A stretch of DNA of 64,000 bases from contig CAVUZH010000022.1 in the NCBI GenBank assembly GCA_963745835.1, forward strand, positions 419,441-483,440, written 5' to 3'. The notes under the pieces are model-generated. The model saw nothing but the letters and a program-made list of their open reading frames with translations, was not told where the DNA came from and searched no databases. Shown here piece by piece: positions 9,899-19,797 of the stretch (its first letter is position 1; the number at the start of each line of letters is the position of its first letter). The translations under genes were made by a program, and so were the position numbers. Source of the DNA: an uncultured delta proteobacterium (GTDB lineage: Bacteria; Desulfobacterota; Binatia; UBA9968).

Positions 9899-10332
9899 GA
9901 CGCCCTCCTTTGAACCATCTCCTTGTCTTTGCGCAGCGCATCCTGAGTCCGCTCAGGCTTGAAAGACAATGGATCTAACTTCTTCTTGCCGCTTTGGATC
10001 ATCACAAAGCCAATGACCCCTACCACCACGGCGACGATAAGAGCTGCCAACCAAGGCTCCATCCGTTCGGCCAGCAGCAGGACAATTGCGCCAAGTAGGA
10101 CGAGAACGGCGGCGAAAACAATTGCGCCGCCAGCTACCAGGCTGATGGCTCCGGCCTTCGCTTCTGAAGCCGCTTCGGATACCTCTGCCTTTGCCAGCGC
10201 TATCTCTTTGCGAAACAGCGTCGACACTTCCCCCATGAGACGACTTAGAAGGCCGGCTGCCGAATCGGGTTCACGGTCGACGCGAGATGACTCGGTTGCT
10301 GGCGTAGCTTGCAATGGCGGTTGTTTTGCCAT
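9895..10332 (-). CDS. Phage-holin-like (YhjD/DUF1469-type) two-TM membrane protein
   Basis: LFRKEIALAKAE, two TM helices, PERTQDALRKD tail; sits between coupled stress genes. Confidence 0.85.
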   Translation of the reverse strand: MAKQPPLQATPATESSRVDREPDSAAGLLSRLMGEVSTLFRKEIALAKAEVSEAASEAKAGAISLVAGGAIVFAAVLVLLGAIVLLLAERMEPWLAALIVAVVVGVIGFVMIQSGKKKLDPLSFKPERTQDALRKDKEMVQRRAS

Positions 10333-10334
10333 GA

Positions 10335-10907
10335 TCAAACTCCTTTCTCCAGATCGTCAGCGAAAGACGGACTGCCCGCGGATGACGAGGGCGTCGTCCT
10401 AGCTGATTCGGATATAACCGACGGGCGCGACTCAAAGGTGATCGGTTGCACGGTCGATTGGCTCGAGCCGTAGAACTCAGATTCATTCTGCCGGTTGGCG
10501 CCGCCACGCTGGGTCGATGCCTTCAGAAACCTCGAAAGCGCAATGCCAACGGCCACACTCCCCACCAAGAAAAGGGTCGGATTATTGCGCGCCAGTTGTT
10601 GGGTATCTCTGACCAGCTCGTCGAGATTCCGCTGCCTCAAGCTTTCAGCGAAATCCTTCATACTGCCTGCCAACTGACCTGCGTAATCAGCCAACGATTC
10701 TTGATTCTGACTTTTGAGTTCCTCGGAAACTCGGTCGACCACGCCGGCCAGCTTTTCAGTTTGGTCCGCCGCCGTCTGTTTACGCGCTTCGAATTGTTCC
10801 TGACTCTGCCGCTTCACATCCTGCGCCACTCCGGCCGCCTCATTCTTCACCTTATTGATTGCGCCGCCGTCGGTTACGCCGGCGGTTTGGCTTGATTGGT
10901 TCTCCAT
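10335..10907 (-). CDS. ElaB/DUF883-like tail-anchored stress protein
   Basis: Helical N-terminus, ARNNPTLFLVGSVAVGIALSRFLK; AAGGAG RBS; first gene of the conserved triplet. Confidence 0.8.
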   Translation of the reverse strand: MENQSSQTAGVTDGGAINKVKNEAAGVAQDVKRQSQEQFEARKQTAADQTEKLAGVVDRVSEELKSQNQESLADYAGQLAGSMKDFAESLRQRNLDELVRDTQQLARNNPTLFLVGSVAVGIALSRFLKASTQRGGANRQNESEFYGSSQSTVQPITFESRPSVISESARTTPSSSAGSPSFADDLEKGV

Positions 10908-10999
10908 GGATACACACTCCTTTTGAATTTAAAATACTCGACCGTAAAATTCTGAGTTCCGAGATTAAGCGTTGACGCGGTGGGAATGCAGGTGGTCAA

Positions 11000-11015
11000 C
11001 GCAATGGTTATGCCA
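11000..11015 (-). promoter_or_regulatory. sigma54-type promoter for the 10907-8038 operon
   Basis: TGGCATAACCATTGCG on the minus strand. Confidence 0.75.
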
Positions 11016-11586
11016 CGGCATAGCTTACGCATTTAGCTCGAAGCAGCTTGATAAATGTCGCAGGGCTGCGAAACATCGATCCATGCAAGGTGCGTGAGGG
11101 GGACGAATTCTATGTGCCTAGGCTGGCACCTCTGTGAAGTTGCCTGAGATCGAGTTCGATGCAGATTATCGGCGGTTAACTAGCGGCTACCGTTTTCCTG
11201 ACCTTGATCCTTTCAAGCGCCGTTTCGAAGCTCGATTGAAATCGATCACACTGCCGCTTGTAGTCCGCGCGAGCTTAACAACTAGCAGCTTTGCAAGATT
11301 CACTTCTTCTGCGGAGAGAGCGATGCCATCTATCTGAGCTATCGCTATAGAAGCGGGGTACGTATCCGAGCGCAGCGCTTTATGTGTTTTGGTCATGAGA
11401 TCAGCTTAACAAGTCCCTCGACTCACGGGAATACACCTCTAAAATAATCAGATTGCCGTCAAGCAATTCCCTCAAGTATGTCGCCGTCATAACGGCAACG
11501 GCTGGGCTTAATGATGGCTGCAGAGCTCACTCAGAAAAACCCGCTCTCCGTGGTAGAACCATCTATGAAAGAAGGATTTTTAATCA

Positions 11587-11733
11587 ATGAGAAATTCCAC
11601 CGTAACCCTCCTGCTGGATCAGCTCCGTCGAGAATCGCAAAAACAGAAGGAAGACGGAGATCTAAAGGACGGCGAGTATCAGGAAATTAGTGAATTGATC
11701 AGCCAAATTGAGCGAGCTTTTACCAATGGGTAA
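11587..11733 (+). CDS. Hypothetical microprotein (48 aa)
   Basis: MRNSTVTLLLDQLRRESQKQKEDGDLKDGEYQEISELISQIERAFTNG; upstream AAGGA; amphipathic helices; below the ORF-track cutoff. Confidence 0.45.
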   Translation: MRNSTVTLLLDQLRRESQKQKEDGDLKDGEYQEISELISQIERAFTNG

Positions 11734-11744
11734 GTAGGAAGGAA

Positions 11745-11990
11745 TTATCTTGACGATAAGGATAAGCTTAATGTTGTTCCTTTTCCCGGCTCGCTAAAAT
11801 AATCGACTGCGCCACGGTAAGCTGAAACTATTTGGCCGACCAGAGGCAGCCCTAGACCCGGCCGTCGGCTTGGTGGTTCGGAAGATTTCGAAAACTTTGA
11901 TCCCCCCGAGACGGTATCGCTGATTTGTAAAACGAGCGTCTCCGCACGGAAAGATAACCCTTGACAGTAAGGCATCCGCCTTCCGGCATT
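11745..11990 (-). pseudogene. Frameshifted remnant of a histidine-kinase HATPase domain
   Basis: Pieces in different frames: MPEGGCLTVKGYLS / LQISDT / IKVFEIFRTTKP / GLGLPLVGQIVSAYRGAVDYFSEPGKGTT, colinear with the C-terminus of the kinase at 45500-47110. Confidence 0.8.
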
Positions 11991-12188
11991 GGAAACGCGC
12001 AGGCCCTTGCGATATTCGCCATTCATCCATTCGCCGATGGATCTTCCGACAACGCTGACAAATCCCGAAGCTTCTTTATGCCGAGGACATCTTCAAGAAC
12101 GCCGGAGAGCTCCCGAACGAGAGAGCGCCAAGAAGACGTCACGTTCAAGAGGAATATCCATTTCATCGAGTCTCATGATGTCCTTCCA

Positions 12189-12554
12189 TCACGGAGACGT
12201 CAACTGCCGGACATGAACCAGCAGGTCATCGAGCTGAACCGGCTTATCAAGATACACGGCGCCTAGCGCGGCGGCTTGGAATTTTATCTGATTAGAACCA
12301 TATGCGGTTACCAGAATAGTCTTCGTGCGTGGAGATAGTTCGTTTTGAACCCGAAGAACCTCCAACCCATCGACCATTCCCGGCATTCGCAAATCGGTAA
12401 TCACGACATCAAAGTTGTCAACGTCCCGAATTAATTCGAGAGCTTCTTCTCCGCGTTGCGCTTCAAAAACGTCGTAACCATGGATCTTGAAAAAAATCAT
12501 CATATTACGGCGGGCCAAAGGGTTGTCTTCGACGAGGAGAATAGTCGCGGGCAT
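12189..12554 (-). CDS. Single-domain response regulator receiver
   Basis: ILLVEDN, ITDLRMPG, VTAY, LDKP. Confidence 0.92.
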   Translation of the reverse strand: MPATILLVEDNPLARRNMMIFFKIHGYDVFEAQRGEEALELIRDVDNFDVVITDLRMPGMVDGLEVLRVQNELSPRTKTILVTAYGSNQIKFQAAALGAVYLDKPVQLDDLLVHVRQLTSP

Positions 12555-12938
12555 CACTTCTCGTTTATACAACAAAAAACCGGCGTGGCAATAGGGGTCG
12601 CCGACTTTCGTACTACGACTACATGGCTCGTTAGGACCAAGCAAATTCTAGGTATGCTCGTGAAACTAACCGGCATGTAGTTTGGAAAGTCGCCAATTTC
12701 AGTCTGAGATAACGCATTCGCGGAACGCCGCATCCGGACGGGGATTGCGCTTGACTGCGCAACCGGTTGGAAGTATGACTCAGAATAACGAAGCCTATTT
12801 AGACTCAGAAAAATTCTTAATCGACGAACCAGATCAAAGCAGTGCAAGCAATTTTTACTGCGCTTCTTCGATTGGCCGTGGTATACGAATGTCGTTGACG
12901 GCGCGGTCAATGATTTCAGAGCACATGAAAGGATGAGA

Positions 12939-13166
12939 ATGAGCAGCGAGTCGCGAGAAACTTTCAGCGATTACACCCGAGAATACATCAGGCTTAGAGA
13001 AGAAACCAACCGGCTTCTTAGAGAGGGAAAAATCGACAAGCATGAGGCCAATCACCGAAATGGCAACGCCAGGCAATTTATGATGTTCGCGCGCTATCGC
13101 CTCGAAGCTGCAAAGAAAACGAACAACCTCAAAAAGCCCGCAAGCTCGCCCATAACTGGAACCTAG
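12939..13166 (+). CDS. Hypothetical small helical protein
   Basis: AAAGGA RBS; fills an intergenic gap; no recognised motif. Confidence 0.5.
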   Translation: MSSESRETFSDYTREYIRLREETNRLLREGKIDKHEANHRNGNARQFMMFARYRLEAAKKTNNLKKPASSPITGT

Positions 13167-13214
13167 AGTCGGAAGACAATTGGCACGCAAAGGAGCGGTG
13201 AACTGCACGACACG

Positions 13215-15173
13215 CTAGCGCGGCCGAGCACAGAGATGATTCTTTATCATCTGGTCGAGCGATTTTAGATCAACCGGCTTGACGCAGTATTCGTCAAAAC
13301 CGGCCTGTTTCGCCAATTGCTGGTGCTCATCCTGTGCGTACCCCGAGATCGCGATCAAGTAAACATTTTTGAGCTCGGCGTCTTGCCGGATCGTCCGCGC
13401 AATCGCGTAGCCATCCACCCAGGGCAGCGCAATGTCGCAGAGCACGACATCGGGTCTCAGGTTTCTCGCGATCACGAACGCTTCGACTCCGTTATGGGCT
13501 ATCTCGACCAGGTGGCCAGCATCTTGAAGGAACAGTTGCATGGCGCGAGCTCCAACCTGATTGTCGTCGATAATGAGAACACGGCATGCGATCGGATCCG
13601 TCGATTGAGAAGCGCTCAATTCAGGCTTGGAATCGCTCGGCGCACTAGGATCTCTCTGGACCGGCAACCGAACGATGAACTCTGTACCCTTTCCGGGTCC
13701 CTTACTGCTCGCCGACACCGTCCCACCGTGCATTTCAATGAATGCCTTAACTAAAGTTAGACCCAAGCCGAGACCGCCGCGGCTACGATCGAAAGATCGC
13801 AACGCCTGGCTGAATGGCTCGAACAAACGGGTCAGCTTGCTCTCATCCATGCCGATCCCGGTATCACGAACCTTGAGAACAGCTGTTTGTTGATTCGGAA
13901 CGATGGCTAGGGTCACGGTCACCGTGCCAGCCGGTGGCGTGAACTTTTGGGTATTGTGCAAGAGGTTTCCAACCGCCTGTCCCAAACGCCTGCAATCCCC
14001 TAGGACCCAGACAGGATCCTGCGGCAGCTGCAGCGCGAGGCGGATGCCGGCGGAGCCTAGGATCCCTCGATAGTCCTCCGCTGCTTCGCGCACAATCGCC
14101 GCGAAATCGCAGGACTGTTTACCAATTTCAACCTGCCCGGCAGAGATCCGCGAAAGGTCGAGCAGGTCGTTAGTAAGATGTGTCATGCGAGTGATCTGCC
14201 GCTTGATGATAGCCCTGAGTTGTCGCGCTTCCGGTGTATCTGAAACGGGCAGCAGCTCAACGGCATTGCCGATGACGCCTAACGGATTGCGCCACTCATG
14301 CCCGAGTACGGCTAAAAACTCATCCTTCCGTTTGTCAGCCTCGCGCAATCTCCCTTCTAGTTGTCTTTGATCGGTGAGATCCTGAATCACCACATTGACC
14401 CCGATACACTCGCCATTTAGATCCTTTAATGGGAAATAGCTGTTTAGCCATGTTCTCTTAACACCTGGTTGCGCGCCGGTCTCGCCTATCATCTGGACAT
14501 TGAGACGAGGCTTTCCTGTAACTAGCACCTCCCGGCACGCTGTTTCGACCGCGCCGGCGATGCTAGGGATTATTTCGCGGACGGTTCGTCCGATGTGTTG
14601 GTCAGCCGGTATGCCATTCTTCTCCGCGAGCAAATCGTTTACCCGGATATAACGCAACTCGGTATCTAGTACGGCGAGACCCACCGGAGCTGTTGCATAG
14701 ATAGAATTGAGTTCCGCCAGCTGCGCCGCATTTTGACGATTAGCCTCGCGAAGTTGATCAAGGAGAAAGCGTTTCTCTTGATCGCGTTCGTAGAGACGCA
14801 ACAACGCCTTTGTCGCGCCTAGAAGTTCCGCGGGTTCAACCGGCTCAGTCAAATACGTGTCAGCCCCGCGCTCCAATCCAATAGCCCGATCCTCGGGGCT
14901 AAGATACATAGCCGAAATTTGCAGAACCATAATGTGCGCGGTTGCCGGGTCTGCTTTAATCGCTTCGCAGACTGCAAAGCCGCTGGTATCGGGCAACTTG
15001 ACATCGAGCAGTACAAGACTCGGTTGGAACTCCTTGACAACCCGCAATGCCTCGGCGCCGGTCTCCGATTCGATCACCTGATATCCGCCGCGTTTGAGGA
15101 TGCGGCTCTTGGCGTATCGCCGCGCTTCGTTGTCATCGACGTTGAGAACCGTGGGAAGTTCTAAGCCATTCAT
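13215..15173 (-). CDS. Hybrid sensor histidine kinase (REC-PAS-HisKA-HATPase-REC)
   Basis: N-terminal LNVDD/LLDVKLPD, PAS, H-box GHEWRNPL, DTGIG, GGLGLG, C-terminal IIDD/LCDIALP. Confidence 0.95.
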   Translation of the reverse strand: MNGLELPTVLNVDDNEARRYAKSRILKRGGYQVIESETGAEALRVVKEFQPSLVLLDVKLPDTSGFAVCEAIKADPATAHIMVLQISAMYLSPEDRAIGLERGADTYLTEPVEPAELLGATKALLRLYERDQEKRFLLDQLREANRQNAAQLAELNSIYATAPVGLAVLDTELRYIRVNDLLAEKNGIPADQHIGRTVREIIPSIAGAVETACREVLVTGKPRLNVQMIGETGAQPGVKRTWLNSYFPLKDLNGECIGVNVVIQDLTDQRQLEGRLREADKRKDEFLAVLGHEWRNPLGVIGNAVELLPVSDTPEARQLRAIIKRQITRMTHLTNDLLDLSRISAGQVEIGKQSCDFAAIVREAAEDYRGILGSAGIRLALQLPQDPVWVLGDCRRLGQAVGNLLHNTQKFTPPAGTVTVTLAIVPNQQTAVLKVRDTGIGMDESKLTRLFEPFSQALRSFDRSRGGLGLGLTLVKAFIEMHGGTVSASSKGPGKGTEFIVRLPVQRDPSAPSDSKPELSASQSTDPIACRVLIIDDNQVGARAMQLFLQDAGHLVEIAHNGVEAFVIARNLRPDVVLCDIALPWVDGYAIARTIRQDAELKNVYLIAISGYAQDEHQQLAKQAGFDEYCVKPVDLKSLDQMIKNHLCARPR

Positions 15174-15389
15174 GAGAGGTAAGGGATCGTATACGAATCC
15201 GCTGAGATTCGTCAATCGATTCTGCGAGTCGGGCTTTTGCCCCGAGATAATGAATTTTTGCCGGCGCGGTCTCGAATCGATCAGACCGTCCGATCGGTGG
15301 ACCAAAATTATGAAAGCGCGAGGAGAGAGGATGTGTAATTCACAAAATAAGCATAAACGTCGCTGTCCGACAGCATTTTGGATTCGTGT

Positions 15390-15557
15390 TTACTCATCGG
15401 TCGCTACCACCTCGACTCGATCCTGGTAGCCGCATTTGTCGCACCTTGCCTTGAGTTCGTTATCTTCGGGTAGATCCGGCGCAAGGGCTTTCTGCTCAGG
15501 AACTATTTTCATGATCCCGTCGCCGCATTTTGGGCACTTGGTATTGGCTTCAATCAT
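15390..15557 (-). CDS. CPxCG-type zinc-ribbon microprotein (55 aa)
   Basis: Manual translation MIEANTKCPKCGDGIMKIVPEQKALAPDLPEDNELKARCDKCGYQDRVEVVATDE; GGGAG RBS; absent from the ORF track. Confidence 0.75.
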   Translation of the reverse strand: MIEANTKCPKCGDGIMKIVPEQKALAPDLPEDNELKARCDKCGYQDRVEVVATDE

Positions 15558-15619
15558 CTGCAAGATCTCCCTTGATTAGTAGCATTTCCATCCACCGTTC
15601 AGCGAGTCAGCATTGTTGG

Positions 15620-16090
15620 TTATGCCAGGCGAAACTCCGCAATCGAGGCGTGAGCTGCCGATCCTCTGAGATCGGGAACGATACTGAGCTCCAATTCGGC
15701 GCAGCTGTCGAGATTAACCTTGTAATCTTCAATCTCTCTGCTGGTGGTTGGGGGGCTAAAGTTGTATTGCTGTCGCACGATCTCGCGATAAGGCTGGCCG
15801 CCACCCGAGCACCATCGCAGCGTATACTCCTGCAGCCGTTCCTCCTCATGCTCATCGAACACCAGATGAATCAGCCGGAGATTCTGCGGCTCGTCGAACA
15901 TCAGGCGAACAATCTGCTGCCCCGGCGCTGCCGCGCGCCAACCGGGCGAGGCGACCGGCAACAGCGCCGATTCGATCGGATGCTCTGCTTCTTCAGAGGA
16001 CACTTCGACCTGCGCAAGGGATTCCAGGTCCAACCACGGTTTATCGAGAGGTAAGGAGTTTCTCTCACGGTTAACGATGTGCTTTCGCAT
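15620..16090 (-). CDS. Galactose-binding/discoidin-like 'carbohydrate-binding' protein
   Basis: VEVSSEE.EHPIESAL...GWRAA.PGQQ.VRL.FD, REIVRQQYNFSP. Confidence 0.75.
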   Translation of the reverse strand: MRKHIVNRERNSLPLDKPWLDLESLAQVEVSSEEAEHPIESALLPVASPGWRAAAPGQQIVRLMFDEPQNLRLIHLVFDEHEEERLQEYTLRWCSGGGQPYREIVRQQYNFSPPTTSREIEDYKVNLDSCAELELSIVPDLRGSAAHASIAEFRLA

Positions 16091-16410
16091 GGGCCTTCTC
16101 CTCCGCAGATAGTCTGCTGCGCGAATCCGGACGTGATCCGACAACCTAATTTAGCTTAACATTTTGGTCGCCGAGAAAAAGACCGGATGGTTATCTGATT
16201 TAAGGAAGTTTACCTTCCTTGTCCTAGGGGCGCGGTTGAATACTCTGGCATCTGTGGCCTCCTCCGCAAGAACGCCTCCGTCTCAAAATAGATACAGGGC
16301 GGATTTATAATTTGTGCCGTTCGCGCAATGCGGAGCAACTATCGTTGCTGCTGAAGATGTTTAAGCATCAACTCTGCTGCTTTTTCGACCTCTCAGTTCG
16401 GCATCCTAGA

Positions 16411-16426
16411 TGGCATCGCCATTGCG
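16411..16426 (+). promoter_or_regulatory. sigma54-type promoter for the GT4 gene
   Basis: TGGCATCGCCATTGCG. Confidence 0.75.
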
Positions 16427-16522
16427 TATTAGGAATTTACCGCGTCTTCGATTTACTTGATTTAAAGTTTCCGCCGCAATCAGCTCCTAGCATCGTTGTC
16501 GGCGCTTTTATAAGGATCCCGA

Positions 16523-17629
16523 ATGAAAATCGCCCAGGTCGCGCCTCTCTATGAAAGTGTGCCGCCACGAACTTACGGCGGTACTGAGCGCATCGTTTCC
16601 TATCTTACCGAGGAATTGGTGGCGCAGGGACACGAGGTCACGCTCTTCGCCAGCGGCGATTCGGTCACCGCGGCGCAACTTATAGCGGCGCGCAAGCGTG
16701 CCTTGCGGCTCGACAATGTATTTGATCCGCTACCTCATCATTACGTCATGCTCGAAGAGGTATTCGAGAGGGCGTCTCGGTTCGACATTATTCACTTTCA
16801 TACCGATTACCTTCATTTCCCGCTTGCCCGGCGGCACCCAATTCCGCACCTGACAACCCTTCATGGCCGACTCGATATTGCCGACCTGATGCCCGTGTAC
16901 AAAAAGTTTAGCGAAATGCCGGTTGTGTCGATCTCGAATGCGCAACGCAAACCTCTTCCGCGCGCCAACTGGCAACAGACGATTTATCATGGCTTGCCTC
17001 TGGAGCTTTATGATTGCGGTGAGAAACCCGGGGATTATCTCGCGTTCATTGGACGAATCTCACCGGAAAAGCGGCTCGATCGCGCAATCGAAATCGCCGC
17101 TCGTTCGGGCATGAGACTTCGCATCGCCGCCAAAACCGATGCCGCCGATCATGATTACATGGAGCAGGTGATCAGACCCATCCTGAGCAATTCGTCGGCG
17201 GAGTTCATCGGCGAGATCGGCGACAAGGACAAAAAAGGATTTCTCGCGAATGCTTATGCCTTGCTATTTCCGATCGATTGGCCGGAACCGTTCGGCCTGG
17301 TGATTATCGAGGCGATGGCATGCGGCACTCCGATTATCGCCTATCGCTGTGGCTCGGTACCGGAGTTGATCCAGGATGGAATCACGGGTTACATCGTCGA
17401 TGACATCGAAGGTGCCCTTCACGCGCTTCGTAAGATTCCAGCTTTTGACCGCCGGCGCTGCCGCCGGGTTTTCGAAGAACGTTTTAGCGCGTCTCGCATG
17501 GCGCAAGATTACCTGAATGTCTACCGCCGCGTAATCAAAGCTTCAGCTGATCACGATGCTCGCATCGCCCTGGCGGCGCTCGACTCCGATCCCCTGGAAC
17601 GTGCGATCAACTACCAGGTCGAGAAGTGA
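16523..17629 (+). CDS. Glycosyltransferase family 4
   Basis: VPP..YGGTER, GRISPEK, EPFGLVIIEAMACGTP. Confidence 0.95.
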   Translation: MKIAQVAPLYESVPPRTYGGTERIVSYLTEELVAQGHEVTLFASGDSVTAAQLIAARKRALRLDNVFDPLPHHYVMLEEVFERASRFDIIHFHTDYLHFPLARRHPIPHLTTLHGRLDIADLMPVYKKFSEMPVVSISNAQRKPLPRANWQQTIYHGLPLELYDCGEKPGDYLAFIGRISPEKRLDRAIEIAARSGMRLRIAAKTDAADHDYMEQVIRPILSNSSAEFIGEIGDKDKKGFLANAYALLFPIDWPEPFGLVIIEAMACGTPIIAYRCGSVPELIQDGITGYIVDDIEGALHALRKIPAFDRRRCRRVFEERFSASRMAQDYLNVYRRVIKASADHDARIALAALDSDPLERAINYQVEK

Positions 17630-19693
17630 CGAATCGACCCGCAGGTTCTTCAGATATATCTGATTGATGCACTCAGGCAGCACAGGCGAATCGAAGTGAA
17701 CCTTGCCCTCGCTCGCGTGAACCGAAAGTCCCAAACACGCTTGCAGCATTAGGAACACCGAGCCCGCCGCCCATGCCTGGGGAGCGCAGGCAACCGGATA
17801 GAGAGTCGGCCCTTCGCCTTCGCGTCTCTGAAATCCACAGAAAAGCTCGGGCAATCGATGCATTTCGAAATAGAGACTGGCCTCGAAGAGTCCGGTGATC
17901 ACCTTGGATATCGGCTCTTTCAACCCATAGCGAGCAAAGCCGGCAGCGATCACCGCATTATCGTGCGGCCAAACCGATCCATTATGGTAGGACATCGGGT
18001 TGTAACGCACTTCGTTGGTCGACAATGTCCGAATTCCCCAGCCGGAAAACAAATCCTCGCTCATCAACGTTTTTGCGGTACGCTCGGCGTACTCATCAGT
18101 AGCGATACCGGCAAACAGACAATGGCCGGCATTCGATGCTCGCACCTTGCAAGGACGCTTTTGTTGGTCGAGGGCCAATGCGTAGGTTGAAAGCTCGTCA
18201 CACCAGAACACTCGGTTAAATTGTTCTTTGAGTAGCTCCGCCTCGCTAACAAGCCTCACGGCTTCGTCGCTATCGTCGAGGAGCGTCGCGATTGCTGCTG
18301 CCGCAAGTTTGGCGGCATACACGTAGCCCTGAACCTCGCACAGAGCTAGCGGCGCCTGGATAAGAGTTCCGTCTTGATGGAAAACAGAGTCCCAGGAGTC
18401 TTTCCAGCCTTGTTGCACCAGACCATGCGATGAGCGATGCAAAGTTTCGACAAAGCCGTCGCCGTCAACGTCGCCGTATTCTTTAATCCAATGCAGCGCG
18501 CGCTTGACGCGCGGCCAGATCCAGCGAGCAAATTCAACATCGTTGGTGCGAGCGACATAAGCACCCGCCAGCATAACAAACAAGGGCGTGCTGTCAGTGC
18601 TGCCGTAGTAGCGATCAAAAGGAATTTCACCCAAGCTGGCCATTTCTCCGCGGCGCATTTCGTGCAGAATCTTTCCGGGTTCGGCGTCGCGCTCGGAGAT
18701 AATTTCCGTCGCTTGCGTCTCCGCCAGGCAACTCAGCACGCCGCGCGCGACTCGGGGGAAAATCCACAAGAGCTCCCATGATGTCAAAATTCCGTCTCGG
18801 CCGAATACTGTGCTGAACCACGGCACTCCCGCGTACGGGTAGAAACCTTGGCTGTCGGTAATCATCATGTGAATATCCGCATAGGAGCGGTCGAGCCAGC
18901 CGTTGAACTCATGATTGGAGGTGCGGATTTGGCACTCCTCCGTCTTGTATGCGGTTAACGCTTGCTCCGCCTGTTTTAACGCCAGCTCCACGGGGCGGCG
19001 AGCCGGTACTGGGCCATTCGATTTGCACGCATAGGAGATTAAAAACGCCTCCTGCTTTTTAGGATCGAGAACTCTGTGGAACGATGCTTGCCCCGGCGAC
19101 AGCTTCTCCGGGGCTGGAGAAAACTCGATGATCGTTTGGCGAACAATGTCATCCAGCCCACGATAACTTAGGGTGACCCGGTTGCCATCGATCTCGTCCT
19201 CCAGACGCGTCCCCCGTTTTTCCCTTTTGACGCCACGCACTTCGAAAATGTCTGCAAAATCCGCGTCGAAGCGAATCGCAAAAGAAATCGCGATGGGCAA
19301 CAGGCTATAGTTGACCAGTTGCAGCCGTTCATAACAGACTGCCTGCCAGATGAATTTCGAGCGATAAAGATGCAAATCACCGCGGCGCAGCGCGATCGTG
19401 CCGTCGACGTAAACATCGGGATTGGTCGAATCGACGGTGAAGAGAATATTGTCTTCTTTGATCATCGAGCTCAGGAGAAAGGGGCGGATGTTTCCCATGC
19501 GAAGTTCAAGATACGAGAGGAACCGTGTTCCCTCGTGATAGATTCCTTGTTCGCCTAAGCCATACTGAAGAATATCGCCGTAGCGGTCGAAAATCCCAAA
19601 GCTCTCGCCCATCTTTAAGACTCGGGACTCCTCTGCAGCGGATGCTGTCGCGAGGATGTAGAATTCATCGGGCAAGCGAATAATTTCGTTCAT
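17543..19693 (-). CDS. Amylo-alpha-1,6-glucosidase / glycogen debranching enzyme family
   Basis: PYAGVPWFSTVFGRD, EPGKILHE, QGWKDS, YHNGSVWPHDN, LPELFCG. Confidence 0.95.
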   Translation of the reverse strand: MNEIIRLPDEFYILATASAAEESRVLKMGESFGIFDRYGDILQYGLGEQGIYHEGTRFLSYLELRMGNIRPFLLSSMIKEDNILFTVDSTNPDVYVDGTIALRRGDLHLYRSKFIWQAVCYERLQLVNYSLLPIAISFAIRFDADFADIFEVRGVKREKRGTRLEDEIDGNRVTLSYRGLDDIVRQTIIEFSPAPEKLSPGQASFHRVLDPKKQEAFLISYACKSNGPVPARRPVELALKQAEQALTAYKTEECQIRTSNHEFNGWLDRSYADIHMMITDSQGFYPYAGVPWFSTVFGRDGILTSWELLWIFPRVARGVLSCLAETQATEIISERDAEPGKILHEMRRGEMASLGEIPFDRYYGSTDSTPLFVMLAGAYVARTNDVEFARWIWPRVKRALHWIKEYGDVDGDGFVETLHRSSHGLVQQGWKDSWDSVFHQDGTLIQAPLALCEVQGYVYAAKLAAAAIATLLDDSDEAVRLVSEAELLKEQFNRVFWCDELSTYALALDQQKRPCKVRASNAGHCLFAGIATDEYAERTAKTLMSEDLFSGWGIRTLSTNEVRYNPMSYHNGSVWPHDNAVIAAGFARYGLKEPISKVITGLFEASLYFEMHRLPELFCGFQRREGEGPTLYPVACAPQAWAAGSVFLMLQACLGLSVHASEGKVHFDSPVLPECINQIYLKNLRVDSSLLDLVVDRTFQGIGVERRQGDASIVIS

Positions 19694-19797
19694 ACTCTCA
19701 GGTCCTTCCAATGGCCAACTGCAGAGATGTTTGAAATGCTCCCATGCATCCCCTATTCTAGAAGTATGCAACCGAGATACTCGGAGGAAATGGAAAC

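Noticed and set aside
9895-10332. Prophage, suggested by a 'phage holin' family gene
   Set aside because: No endolysin, structural or integrase genes; the context is the conserved stress membrane triplet.
14280-14310. Unusual H-box HEWRNP
   Set aside because: The phospho-His is intact; a single L-to-W change (TTG/TGG) is not informative.
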